Of a stretch of DNA of 48,847 nucleotides, positions 1 through 7,452 are shown piece by piece; positions within the stretch are counted from its first letter, which is position 1, and each line of letters opens with the position of its first letter. This DNA is from an uncultured Piscirickettsiaceae bacterium (GTDB taxonomy: Bacteria; Pseudomonadota; Gammaproteobacteria; GCF-002020875), in assembly GCA_964344805.1 (NCBI GenBank), contig CAYFOU010000002.1, forward strand, positions 1 through 48,847, in the 5' to 3' direction. Position numbers and translations under genes: made by a program. The notes beneath the pieces are model-generated. The model saw nothing but the letters and a program-made list of their open reading frames with translations. It ran no database searches and was not told where the DNA came from.

Positions 1-56
1 TGGGGGTGTCAGTAATTGTGACTTTCATGTTGTCGATCTCCGAGTAGATTGGGAAT

Positions 57-81
57 GGGGTTATCTCTTGGGGTTATCTCT
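57..81. repeat. tandem direct repeat GGGGTTATCTCT x2 (57-68, 70-81), candidate operator or iteron
   Basis: Two adjacent identical 12-mers. They lie in the intergenic stretch upstream (minus sense) of a leftward ORF whose ATG is at 27-25 and which runs off the window start. Confidence 0.6.
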
Positions 82-183
82 AAGGTGGATTAGGGTGATG
101 AGGAATTTTTTTCTATTTTTATTCTGCTGTTTTCTACAATTGCGTCGTCTCTGGTCATTGTCTTTGCCCTCTTGGTTAAGTCT

Positions 184-393
184 TTACGCTACTGCTGCAA
201 ACTGGTGCCCGTAGTGCTGCAAGGTTCTGAGGTTGCCGCCCATCAATCGGGTGAGCTGCTCTTTCAGCTGGTCTACGTACTGGCAATAAGCCAGACCACC
301 AACATCAACACCAGACTCTTCGATAAGCCTGTAGGCTCCTTCGATGTTGCCTTGATCTGCGTAGGCGACGATTCTGATCTGTGTGTTGTTCAT
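184..393 (-). CDS. hypothetical small protein (69 aa)
   Basis: Intact minus-strand ORF with a weak GAGA-type RBS and no recognised motif. The overlapping + strand ORF 172-420 looks less protein-like. Confidence 0.4.
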   Translation of the reverse strand: MNNTQIRIVAYADQGNIEGAYRLIEESGVDVGGLAYCQYVDQLKEQLTRLMGGNLRTLQHYGHQFAAVA

Positions 394-722
394 TATTCTC
401 TAGGCAATCTCACTTTATAACCCGAATTATAACTACCTCTATATACAAAGGCAAGCACTTTTTTACTCTTTTTTTAACTATTTCACTTTTGTAACATGCA
501 GTTACGTGTAGTTAGGTGAATTCTCGATAGGGGAGATTAGGGGGATTGTTGTATTTGCTGTAGATCTTTCCAGAGAAATAGCTCCTCATTCTCTCCGGCT
601 GCGCCCACATCAGGGGATCTCTGAATTTTCATACCATGGCAAGGCCCCAGAATAGCGCCTCTCACAGGGCTATTTAGGGAGCGTAGACACACACAGAGGT
701 GCAGGGGAGCACGGATTACTTG

Positions 723-734
723 GGGAATATTCCC
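723..734. promoter_or_regulatory. perfect 12-bp palindrome GGGAATATTCCC, candidate dimeric regulator site
   Basis: Read directly from the sequence inside the ORF-poor region. No functional data. Confidence 0.3.
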
Positions 735-786
735 ATCAGGACTACAGAGCCGTGCCCGTGCAACACTTCCCCTCTACTGCCTCTCA

Positions 787-805
787 ATCACGTTACTATC
801 ACGTT
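787..805. repeat. direct repeat ATCACGTT x2 with 11-bp period
   Basis: ATCACGTT occurs at 787-794 and 798-805, one helical turn apart. Confidence 0.5.
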
Positions 806-1130
806 TTGCATCTTGGATTAGAGTAATATGTTGATATAAAAGGAAATATTGGGTATGCACGACGGGTTAATCAGCCGTCGTGTATGGGTTTCTGGTGCTT
901 TATCGTGCGCTACGTGCCTGCAGGGCGAGCACCGAGGCGTATACCCTGCGTAATATTCGTGAGAGCGTGTTTTATTCCCTAGGTGACAGGGTGAGCAAGG
1001 GGGCAGGGGGCTATTGGTCTGGCTGGTGCATATTCTCGGTATGGGTGTATCGACATGGGGAGGGGCAGGGCCAGCAGATCTACCTATAGCCTCGGCCTAC
1101 GATCTAGGGGAACCCCCTACCTTTCCTCCT

Positions 1131-1139
1131 CCCCCCCCC
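1131..1139. repeat. C9 homopolymer tract
   Basis: Nine consecutive C in non-coding context. A second C9 tract lies at 1289-1297. Confidence 0.9.
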
Positions 1140-1165
1140 TACAAACCAATACCCAGTACCCATAA

Positions 1166-1242
1166 GGTTGACAATAATCCTCCCAAAACCCCTAGTAACC
1201 AATTGAAAATAAAAGCTGTCATGGTGCAGTGGTTGACAATAA
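1166..1242. repeat. two copies of GGTTGACAATAA (1166-1177, 1231-1242)
   Basis: Identical 12-mers 65 bp apart. Each contains TTGACA, but no convincing -10 box follows at 16-18 nt. Confidence 0.6.
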
Positions 1243-1288
1243 CTACGCATATTCCAGAGCTTTCACTAGCAGGAGCATCACCAGAGAT

Positions 1289-1297
1289 CCCCCCCCC
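1289..1297. repeat. C9 homopolymer tract
   Basis: Nine consecutive C, 158 bp from the first C9 tract. Confidence 0.9.
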
Positions 1298-1410
1298 TGA
1301 ACCTGAGCTGGGAGTCCCAGAAAAAATAGCGATATTCAATCAAATACCATAGTGCTCATAAAATAAGCAGCTGTATTGGTAGGTCACCGGTATACACCCC
1401 CGGGAGAGAG

Positions 1411-1601
1411 TTAACTAAGGCGCTGAAAGATAACGACCTACTGAATTGTGAAAATCGGTATGAAGGGGGTGAGGTGACCACCCTATGCCTGTGGATAAGT
1501 TGGGCAGGCACGAATGAGTTTGATGGTGGATCATAGGGGAAGGATAACGACCATGCTCAGGAGCGCAATAAAGCGCCCGCTGAGGCTTGAACTTAACTAA
1601 G
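1411..1601. repeat. paired short repeats: TTAACTAAG (1411-1419, 1593-1601) and GATAACGACC (1429-1438, 1543-1552)
   Basis: The two motif pairs are arranged in mirror order around a CTCAG...CTGAG stem-loop (about 1553-1585), just upstream of the first + strand ORF. Confidence 0.5.
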
Positions 1602-1639
1602 AACGTGACGCCTTATTACGTCGCCTGGAGCTACTTGTT

Positions 1640-1897
1640 ATGCGTGGACTTGACCTTAAACTCGCACTTTCCGGTATCGACAATGGACGATTTGAAGATG
1701 TAATTCACACGTTTTCTATTACCGACGCATGCGCTAAATGTGACTTCTTTAATTTAGCCATCAAGGACGGTAGACAGGCATACCGATGCAGATGCTCTCC
1801 ATCGTGTATTGCTGCAACCTTGCATCCAGACATAGTTAGTTATCTCAAATGGATAGGCGAAGACGAACATAGAAGCAACCTGCGTTTAGGCGCATAA
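1640..1897 (+). CDS. hypothetical Cys-rich early protein (85 aa)
   Basis: ORF with GGAG 9 nt upstream of the ATG. It contains seven Cys, including CAKC and CRCSPSC. Confidence 0.45.
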   Translation: MRGLDLKLALSGIDNGRFEDVIHTFSITDACAKCDFFNLAIKDGRQAYRCRCSPSCIAATLHPDIVSYLKWIGEDEHRSNLRLGA

Positions 1898-1986
1898 CAG
1901 ATTGCTGTGCTGAACAAAGATGTTTCACATCTGATGATATGGGGCAGCGAAACTGGCATTTTGAGTTTCAGGGTTACGCAAATTGA
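1873..1986 (+). pseudogene. orphan C-terminal segment (..CFTSDDMGQRNWHFEFQGYAN*) homologous to the end of ORF 2442-2729
   Basis: This frame is open from 1873 but has no ATG, GTG or TTG before the ATG at 1939. It carries a 55-nt copy of the 2655-2712 repeat. It is either a decayed duplicate or is reached by recoding. Confidence 0.35.
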
Positions 1987-1989
1987 TGG

Positions 1990-2124
1990 ATGAGCTTTGA
2001 TATGAAGACGGCAAGAGAGAAGTACATGAATGATGCGCTGCAGGTGCTGGATGAATACGTGAGTCGGGTGCCGAAAAGGAGCCCCAGTGGCCCCAGGAGC
2101 ATAGTGGGTTCGCGTGGATTCTGA
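1990..2124 (+). CDS. possible small ORF (44 aa), start region resembles ORF 2734-3000 (..MNDALQVLDEY vs MNDRYQHAVDEI)
   Basis: Found by hand translation. It sits after repeat copy 1 in the same relative position that ORF 2734 holds after repeat copy 2. Confidence 0.25.
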   Translation: MSFDMKTAREKYMNDALQVLDEYVSRVPKRSPSGPRSIVGSRGF

Positions 2125-2305
2125 GGTCAGGATCAAATTCAGTGTGCTCTGGGGCAGTCTTGAGTTGATGCCGTGTGGTGGCGTTAGGTGGCATCCAAAT
2201 CTCGATCTGAAGATGTCGGCTGATGAGCAGTTTAGAGAGAACCAGAAGAACGGGCACTTCAAGGGCAGGCGTCTGGTTAGTAAATACAACGGGGTTTCTG
2301 CATGA
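2114..2305 (+). CDS. hypothetical small protein (63 aa, GTG start uncertain)
   Basis: ORF-track entry. Its TGA overlaps the next ATG (ATGA at 2302-2305). Confidence 0.3.
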   Translation: MDSEVRIKFSVLWGSLELMPCGGVRWHPNLDLKMSADEQFRENQKNGHFKGRRLVSKYNGVSA

Positions 2306-2448
2306 GCAAAATAGCTGAACTTCTTTTTCCGGCATCGGTGGCATCAACCGTCATCAGCCTTCCGGATCATCCATTGGGCGGGGCGGTATCAATTGGAATC
2401 ATGGTGTTCTCTGCGTTGGTGTTGATCGCCTGGGAGCAGCGGTGGTGA
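2302..2448 (+). CDS. possible 48-aa membrane peptide (MSKIAELLFPASVASTVISLPDHPLGGAVSIGIMVFSALVLIAWEQRW)
   Basis: Found by hand translation. It has an ATGA overlap upstream, overlaps the GTG start of the next ORF downstream, and has a hydrophobic C-terminal segment. Confidence 0.35.
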   Translation: MSKIAELLFPASVASTVISLPDHPLGGAVSIGIMVFSALVLIAWEQRW

Positions 2449-2729
2449 TCAAGCGCTTGGTCTGTTGGTGGCGTTTGAAAAAAGCGCGGCGAGCAGCAAA
2501 GAGGTACGGCCTTGATTTTGAGCATCGGTGCTGCTTCAGGCACCAAGTCGCAAGCATTGGTGAGGGTATTCAACATGGTGATGGCGAGATTGCCAGGGTA
2601 CCCATGAAGAGCGGGAAAGTCGCGTTGTACAAGGTGACCAGTGAGAGGTTTGGCTTCACATCTGCTGATGATACGGGGCAACGAAACTGGCATTTTGAGT
2701 TCCAGGGTTATGTAGACCAAAGGGAGTAA
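2442..2729 (+). CDS. hypothetical early protein (95 aa) ending ..TSADDTGQRNWHFEFQGYVDQRE
   Basis: ORF in the overlapping gene chain. Its C-terminus is repeat copy 2 (2655-2712). Confidence 0.5.
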   Translation: MVIKRLVCWWRLKKARRAAKRYGLDFEHRCCFRHQVASIGEGIQHGDGEIARVPMKSGKVALYKVTSERFGFTSADDTGQRNWHFEFQGYVDQRE

Positions 2730-2733
2730 GGCG

Positions 2734-3000
2734 GTGAATGACAGATATCAACATGCTGTAGATGAGATTCGAGCAGTGTGCAAAAAGCACGGGGTTTTCT
2801 TGGTGGGAACCTGCATGAGTGAAGGAATCTATGGAGAGATCCTTGTTGGAGACTCCAATGATCCGGAGGCATCTGGCTGGCTCAATGTGGAGGATCGCCT
2901 CAGAAATACGGTTGAAATAGAGCCGTCGGGCTCCGGTGGCTTCTTTTGCGTACATGGCATTGGAGAAATAGATACTTGCATGGCATTGGAGAATAGATGA
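2734..3000 (+). CDS. hypothetical early protein (88 aa)
   Basis: ORF with a GTG start 5 nt after the previous stop. Its stop overlaps the next start. Confidence 0.5.
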   Translation: MNDRYQHAVDEIRAVCKKHGVFLVGTCMSEGIYGEILVGDSNDPEASGWLNVEDRLRNTVEIEPSGSGGFFCVHGIGEIDTCMALENR

Positions 3001-3269
3001 TTGATGGTTTCATAGTGGTTAGAGAGGAGCGGCATATCGATGACAAGCACTGGGTTTGTCATGAGCTAGATGACGCATTGAAGATTGCCAACGATGTTTG
3101 TGATTACTGGAAGAATCAATACGAGGTTGGGAGCGGGGATGGCTGCGTTGATGAAACCTTGTACGAAGGGCTGCTTTTCCATTTCAGTGCTGAAGAGGCT
3201 TTTCGAGTGCATGTCGAACCGGTAGAGATCAGGGCGGCCGGTGAAAACGAGGCAGCTGATGGCAACTAA
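2997..3269 (+). CDS. hypothetical acidic early protein (90 aa)
   Basis: ATGA-type overlap with the previous ORF. Its 3' end overlaps the DHFR start. Confidence 0.5.
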   Translation: MIDGFIVVREERHIDDKHWVCHELDDALKIANDVCDYWKNQYEVGSGDGCVDETLYEGLLFHFSAEEAFRVHVEPVEIRAAGENEAADGN

Positions 3270-3753
3270 AATCACCCTGATTGCCGCAATGGCAATGAAC
3301 CGAGTCATCGGGATCAACAACACCTTGCCGTGGGATCTTCCAGAGGATTTGCAGCACTTCCGCGAACAGACCATGGGCAAGCCGGTGGTGATGGGCCGGA
3401 AGACTTTCGAGTCAATCGGGCGACCGCTGCCTGGCCGCAACAACATTGTAATCAGCAGGAACTCATCGCTGGAGATCGATGGTGTCACGATTGTGGGCTC
3501 GATCGATGAGGCAATTGAGGCAGCAGGTGTGGTACCGGAGGTGATGGTGATCGGCGGGGCCTCGCTGTATGAACTGGCTCTACCGATGGCCGACAAGATG
3601 GTGCTGACAATAATCGGCATCGATCCGGTAGGGGATGCCAAATTCCCAGAGTGGAATCCACTCGAATGGACACCGGTGTGGCGCGAGGATCGTGTGATAA
3701 ATGATCCAATCCAGATGGAGTTCTCGTTCCTTACTCTCGAACGAAGATGGTGA
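3259..3753 (+). CDS. folA: dihydrofolate reductase (164 aa)
   Basis: Classic DHFR N-terminus [62 protein letters not shown] and a size typical of FolA. The ATG at 3259 has GAGG 7 nt upstream; GTG 3241 is an alternative start. Confidence 0.9.
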   Translation: [164 protein letters not shown]

Positions 3754-3927
3754 AAATCGTATAGGGGGTGAATTTTCCCCATAGGCCATATTTTCACCCT
3801 CCGGAAGGGTGCGTCAACGCCATAAAAACATTCAGTGCCGTTGCCGTCGAAACAACCCCATGTTTTCTGTAGGGTTCGCTGTAGCGTGACGATTGCTTCG
3901 CGCTTTTGTTGACTGGGTTAGTGCGTC

Positions 3928-3971
3928 AGCCCGGGTTTCCTGTAGCAGGGGAGCCCGGGCTTTTATTTTTT
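3928..3971 (+). terminator. rho-independent terminator
   Basis: Stem AGCCCGGG (3928-3935) pairs with CCCGGGCT (3954-3961), followed by TTTTATTTTTT. Confidence 0.75.
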
Positions 3972-3982
3972 CGGAGTCTGGA

Positions 3983-4528
3983 ATGGGAACACCAAATATC
4001 GAGGAGGTCCAGGGGAAGGCGGCGATGCTGTTCCGTACTACCCATATGAAGTTGTCCGAGATCGGTGAAGCCGTTGGTGCGCCTGAATCTCAGATCCGGA
4101 AGTGGGTCAAAGACGGTCGCTGGAAGAAGGACTTCTCGCAGATCACGGCCAACAAGGTGCGTCGTGCAGTTGCTACCGGTACCTCCGCGCAGCTGAGCGA
4201 TCAGGAAGCAGAGGAAGCATCCGAAAAACGAGCAGCTGAGATTGCCGATGGCATGGAGAGGGCTTTTTATAACGCCTCGGACATGATTGATCGAGTAGGT
4301 GATCTGATTGGAGAAGCCGATACTGGCGGCAAGTTGAAGGCGTTGGTTGAGGCAAACCACAAAGCTGTGGGTACTTTACGCGATATCGCCGACCTGAACC
4401 GGGATGACAACAACGAGCAGGCTGTCGACCAGATGGTCGCGTCACTGCTTGGTGAAGCGGAAGCGGCGATCAGCACATCTGAACAGAATTTCGAGCAGTC
4501 TGGAGCAAACCAGGAGCTGCGACACTAA
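3983..4528 (+). CDS. terS: terminase small subunit (181 aa), HTH-containing
   Basis: It lies immediately upstream of terL and has an HTH-like segment MKLSEIGEAVGAPESQIRKWVKDGRWKK and an acidic coiled C-terminus. The ORF-track start 3893 would include the terminator, so the ATG at 3983 is preferred. Confidence 0.65.
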   Translation: MGTPNIEEVQGKAAMLFRTTHMKLSEIGEAVGAPESQIRKWVKDGRWKKDFSQITANKVRRAVATGTSAQLSDQEAEEASEKRAAEIADGMERAFYNASDMIDRVGDLIGEADTGGKLKALVEANHKAVGTLRDIADLNRDDNNEQAVDQMVASLLGEAEAAISTSEQNFEQSGANQELRH

Positions 4529-7297
4529 ATGGCGGTAGTTGCGAGAAACAGCCTGGCCGCCCAGGTTGGGGCTCTTCGTGCCGATTTTGTGGGATTCTCG
4601 GCCGCCACCTTGAAGATCAAGGACAAGGACTCGGGGATCTTGGTGCCGTTCAAGATGAACGTTGCCCAGATTTACACCCATCGGAAGATTGAGGAGCAGC
4701 GGGCGAAGACCGGCAAGGTCCGGATCATTGCCAGCAAGGGCCGTCAGCAGGGGATTTCCACTTATGCGGAGGGCCGCTACTACTGGCGGACAACCGGCTC
4801 CCAAGGGAAGAATGCCTTCATCCTGACCCATGATCAGGGGGCGACCGACAATCTGTTCTCGATGGTAGAGCGGTTTCACACCTCTTTTCCAGAGCAGCTG
4901 CGGCCACAACTCGGAACCGCGAACGCCAAGGAGCTGCAGTTCAAGTCACTGGGCTCCGGGTACAAGGTGGGTACCGCCGGCAACAAGGCAGTTGGCCGAA
5001 GCTCAACAGTGCATTTCTTCCATGGGTGTCTGGGTGAAGATACTCCAGTGCTTTTTCCAGATGGTCGGCTCACACCGATCAAGGATGTTGATGCTGGCTT
5101 TGAGGTTGTTACCCACACCGGGAAGACTGCGGCAGTCACATTCAAGAGCAAGCAGGAGAAAGGGTGCCTTTCTGTGAAGCTCAGAGGGCTGACAAAGTTT
5201 CCTCTGATTGCGACACCAGAGCATAGGTTCTGGACGCAAGATGGATGGAGGGAGCTGCGAGATATCAAAGCTGGAGATTCAATAGGATTTCCGGTGAGAA
5301 CAATCACAGATGAGCGTGAGCTGTTTGTGATTGATGGATACAAGCCGGAGAGGGAGCAGAAGGGTGGTAGCCACCATATTCCTGCAAAGCCTTATGTTTA
5401 TGCCGATTTTGATTTTGGCAGAGTGCTTGGATTGTATCTGGCAGAAGGGTTGGTAATCCTTCAGAACAAAGATCCGCATTATCCAAGTGCGGTGAATTTT
5501 ACGGTACATAGAGATGAGGTTGATAGAACGCTTGAGTGGCTGAAACCATTCGAGGAAATCTACTCTTCGATCTCCGTGCGAGAGAACAAAGATACTCTGG
5601 CGCGGCAAGTTGTTGTGTACGGAACCAATTTTGCCCGGACAGTTCTCGGTTTGTGCAAAAGAACGGACGATAAGCAGCTCCCGTCAAATTGGTGGAGCTA
5701 TGGTGAAGAGTTTGCCAAAGGTCTGCTGGTTGGATATCTGTCTGGTGATGGGCATGTTGCAGTAAAAGAGCGTCGTATCCGTGCAACTTCTACGCGAGAA
5801 GCCATAACTACCGGCATGAGGGATGTTACAGCCTCTCTGGGGTATGGATGGGCCTCTATTGAATACAAGGTGGCTGCCGAGCGTCACGGACGCAATGAGC
5901 AGGCTGCATACACCTATTCTCTGTGTGGTGATGGTGCTGTTGATGTGAGTGAGATGCTTGATAAGCCCATTCCCAAACGGGAGCGCAAAAGATCGACAGG
6001 CAAGATTGGAAATGCAGCGACAACCACCAAAGTTGAAGGTGGTTACGCCTGGATTAGGGTTCGCAGTATTGAGGATGCCGGGCTGAGAACAGTGTATGAC
6101 CTGGAGATTGGTCACGGTGACCATTCCTACTGCACGATTCATGGCGCCACACATAACTCTGAAGTTGCCTTCTGGCCCAATGCAGAGGAGCACCTTTCCG
6201 GTGTGCTGCAGGCGGTACCGGATGCCCCGGGCACGGAAGTGATTCTGGAATCTACCTCGAACGGGGTGGGCGGCGTCTATTACGACTACGTGATGGAGGC
6301 CATGGCCGGTGACGGAGAGTACGAGCTGGTGTTTGTGCCCTGGTACTGGCAGCCAGAGTACCGGAAATTCAGCTTCCGGCAGGGTGGCGTTCGTCATACC
6401 AGCGAAAATATTGCGCTGGATGATGAGGAGAAGTACCTCGTTGCGGAATATGGGCTGGATAACGCCCAAGTGCTGTGGCGCAGATCCAAGATCCATGAGT
6501 TGAAGAGTGAGGATTACTTCAAGCAGGAGTACCCCTTTACGGTGATGGAGAGCTTCATTGCTTCCGGCCGAGGAGTGTTTGCCGGTAAGTGGCTCCAGTC
6601 TGCGACAGATGAATGCTTCAATCCACGGATGATCGCCACGGTCGACACCGTTCGGATCATTGCGCGGGCGGATGGTGAACTCCATGTGTGGGAGAGCCCG
6701 CGCCCGGGGAAGAAATACTTCATTGCGGCAGATCCGGCTGAGGGCCTGGCCTCCGGTGACTGGTCTACCGCCCAGGTGATTGATGAGCTTGGCAATCAGG
6801 TGGCTGAGTACCGGGCGCATGTTGATCCTGACCTGTTTGCGCATCACCTCAAAACATTGGGCAAGTGGTACAACAAGGCGCTGCTGATTGTGGAGCGCAA
6901 CAACCATGGCCAACTCGTCAACCATAAGCTCGCCCGGGAGATCGGGTACCCACGCCTCTATATGGAGGAGGCAGAGGATCATATGGCTGACGGCAAAGTC
7001 GTCAGAAAGTATGGCTGGCTGACGACCACCCGCACCAAACCGATGGTGATCGATAATCTGGTGGCCCTGGTCCGAGATGGAACCAGTGGAATCGTAAGCC
7101 GACGCCTGATCACTGAGATGCAAACGTTCGTCGTAGATGACCGAGGCCGGACCAATGCGCAGTCCGGAAAGCATGATGATCTGCTGATGGCCTACGCCAT
7201 TGCCCAGTACGTTCGATCGAAGAACGTCAAAAAGAAAAACAACCGGATCTGGAAAGGCCAGAAGCGACGGGTTGTGGATCAAATCGCAGGATTTTAA
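4529..7297 (+). CDS. terL: terminase large subunit, intein-containing precursor (922 aa; about 545 aa after splicing)
   Basis: Walker-A-like KGRQQGISTY, the terminase-type motif FFHG/SEVAFW reconstituted across the intein, a C-terminal nuclease-type region ending ..KHDDLLMAYAIA, and a position upstream of the portal gene. Confidence 0.9.
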   Translation: MAVVARNSLAAQVGALRADFVGFSAATLKIKDKDSGILVPFKMNVAQIYTHRKIEEQRAKTGKVRIIASKGRQQGISTYAEGRYYWRTTGSQGKNAFILTHDQGATDNLFSMVERFHTSFPEQLRPQLGTANAKELQFKSLGSGYKVGTAGNKAVGRSSTVHFFHGCLGEDTPVLFPDGRLTPIKDVDAGFEVVTHTGKTAAVTFKSKQEKGCLSVKLRGLTKFPLIATPEHRFWTQDGWRELRDIKAGDSIGFPVRTITDERELFVIDGYKPEREQKGGSHHIPAKPYVYADFDFGRVLGLYLAEGLVILQNKDPHYPSAVNFTVHRDEVDRTLEWLKPFEEIYSSISVRENKDTLARQVVVYGTNFARTVLGLCKRTDDKQLPSNWWSYGEEFAKGLLVGYLSGDGHVAVKERRIRATSTREAITTGMRDVTASLGYGWASIEYKVAAERHGRNEQAAYTYSLCGDGAVDVSEMLDKPIPKRERKRSTGKIGNAATTTKVEGGYAWIRVRSIEDAGLRTVYDLEIGHGDHSYCTIHGATHNSEVAFWPNAEEHLSGVLQAVPDAPGTEVILESTSNGVGGVYYDYVMEAMAGDGEYELVFVPWYWQPEYRKFSFRQGGVRHTSENIALDDEEKYLVAEYGLDNAQVLWRRSKIHELKSEDYFKQEYPFTVMESFIASGRGVFAGKWLQSATDECFNPRMIATVDTVRIIARADGELHVWESPRPGKKYFIAADPAEGLASGDWSTAQVIDELGNQVAEYRAHVDPDLFAHHLKTLGKWYNKALLIVERNNHGQLVNHKLAREIGYPRLYMEEAEDHMADGKVVRKYGWLTTTRTKPMVIDNLVALVRDGTSGIVSRRLITEMQTFVVDDRGRTNAQSGKHDDLLMAYAIAQYVRSKNVKKKNNRIWKGQKRRVVDQIAGF
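5027..6157 (+). mobile_element. intein (377 aa) with LAGLIDADG homing-endonuclease domain
   Basis: It starts CLGEDTPVLFPDG (Cys1 at 5027-5029) and has block B TPEH. The two dodecapeptide motifs are LGLYLAEGLV and LLVGYLSGDGHV. It has VYDLEIGHGDHSY and ends ..GATHN (6155-6157), followed by the +1 Ser (6158). Confidence 0.88.
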
Positions 7298-7452
7298 TGA
7301 AAAAAAGATGCAAGTTTTGCTCTGAATACCGGGGCGACAGGACAAATTCAGGAGTTTGCAGAGTCAAAAACCGACGGGTATCCGATAACAAACGATGCCC
7401 TGAGTTCAAGCCGAATGATAGGACCGCAGGAAAATCCGATACTGGGGGGTAA
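7297..7452 (+). CDS. possible 51-aa basic four-Cys peptide (MKKRCKFCSEYRGDRTNSGVCRVKNRRVSDNKRCPEFKPNDRTAGKSDTGG)
   Basis: Found by hand translation. Its ATG shares the TAATG with the terL stop. It overlaps the annotated portal start and no SD is seen. Confidence 0.25.
   Translation: MKKRCKFCSEYRGDRTNSGVCRVKNRRVSDNKRCPEFKPNDRTAGKSDTGG

Noticed and set aside
1014-1352. 112-aa + strand ORF (Pro-rich, PPTFPPPPPYKPIP..)
   Set aside because: The reading frame runs through the two C9 tracts and low-complexity DNA. It has no RBS and its composition is not protein-like. I treat it as non-coding.
1924-2712. The 55-58 nt repeat pair as the template/variable repeats of a diversity-generating retroelement
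   Set aside because: The differences are not adenine-specific (t/c, g/a, t/c, c/t plus a 3-nt indel). There is no reverse transcriptase in the window, and the repeat is too short.
3893-3982. ORF-track start of the small terminase at 3893
   Set aside because: This extension contains the strong terminator 3928-3971 and has no RBS. The ATG at 3983 directly follows the terminator.
5684-7345. 553-aa minus-strand ORF antisense to the terminase. Similar long antisense ORFs occur at 7757-8950, 11299-12156, 22464-23321, 39827-40552 and 3066-3797.
   Set aside because: Each lies wholly inside a well-supported + strand gene. They lack RBSs and have odd composition (rich in Arg, His, Leu, Pro and Cys, with no motifs). 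They are best explained as shadow ORFs produced by the codon bias of the sense genes.
7395-7415. GAGTTCAAGCC resembling a tRNA T-loop
   Set aside because: No flanking sequence can form a T-stem, an acceptor stem or an anticodon arm. I found no cloverleaf anywhere in the window.
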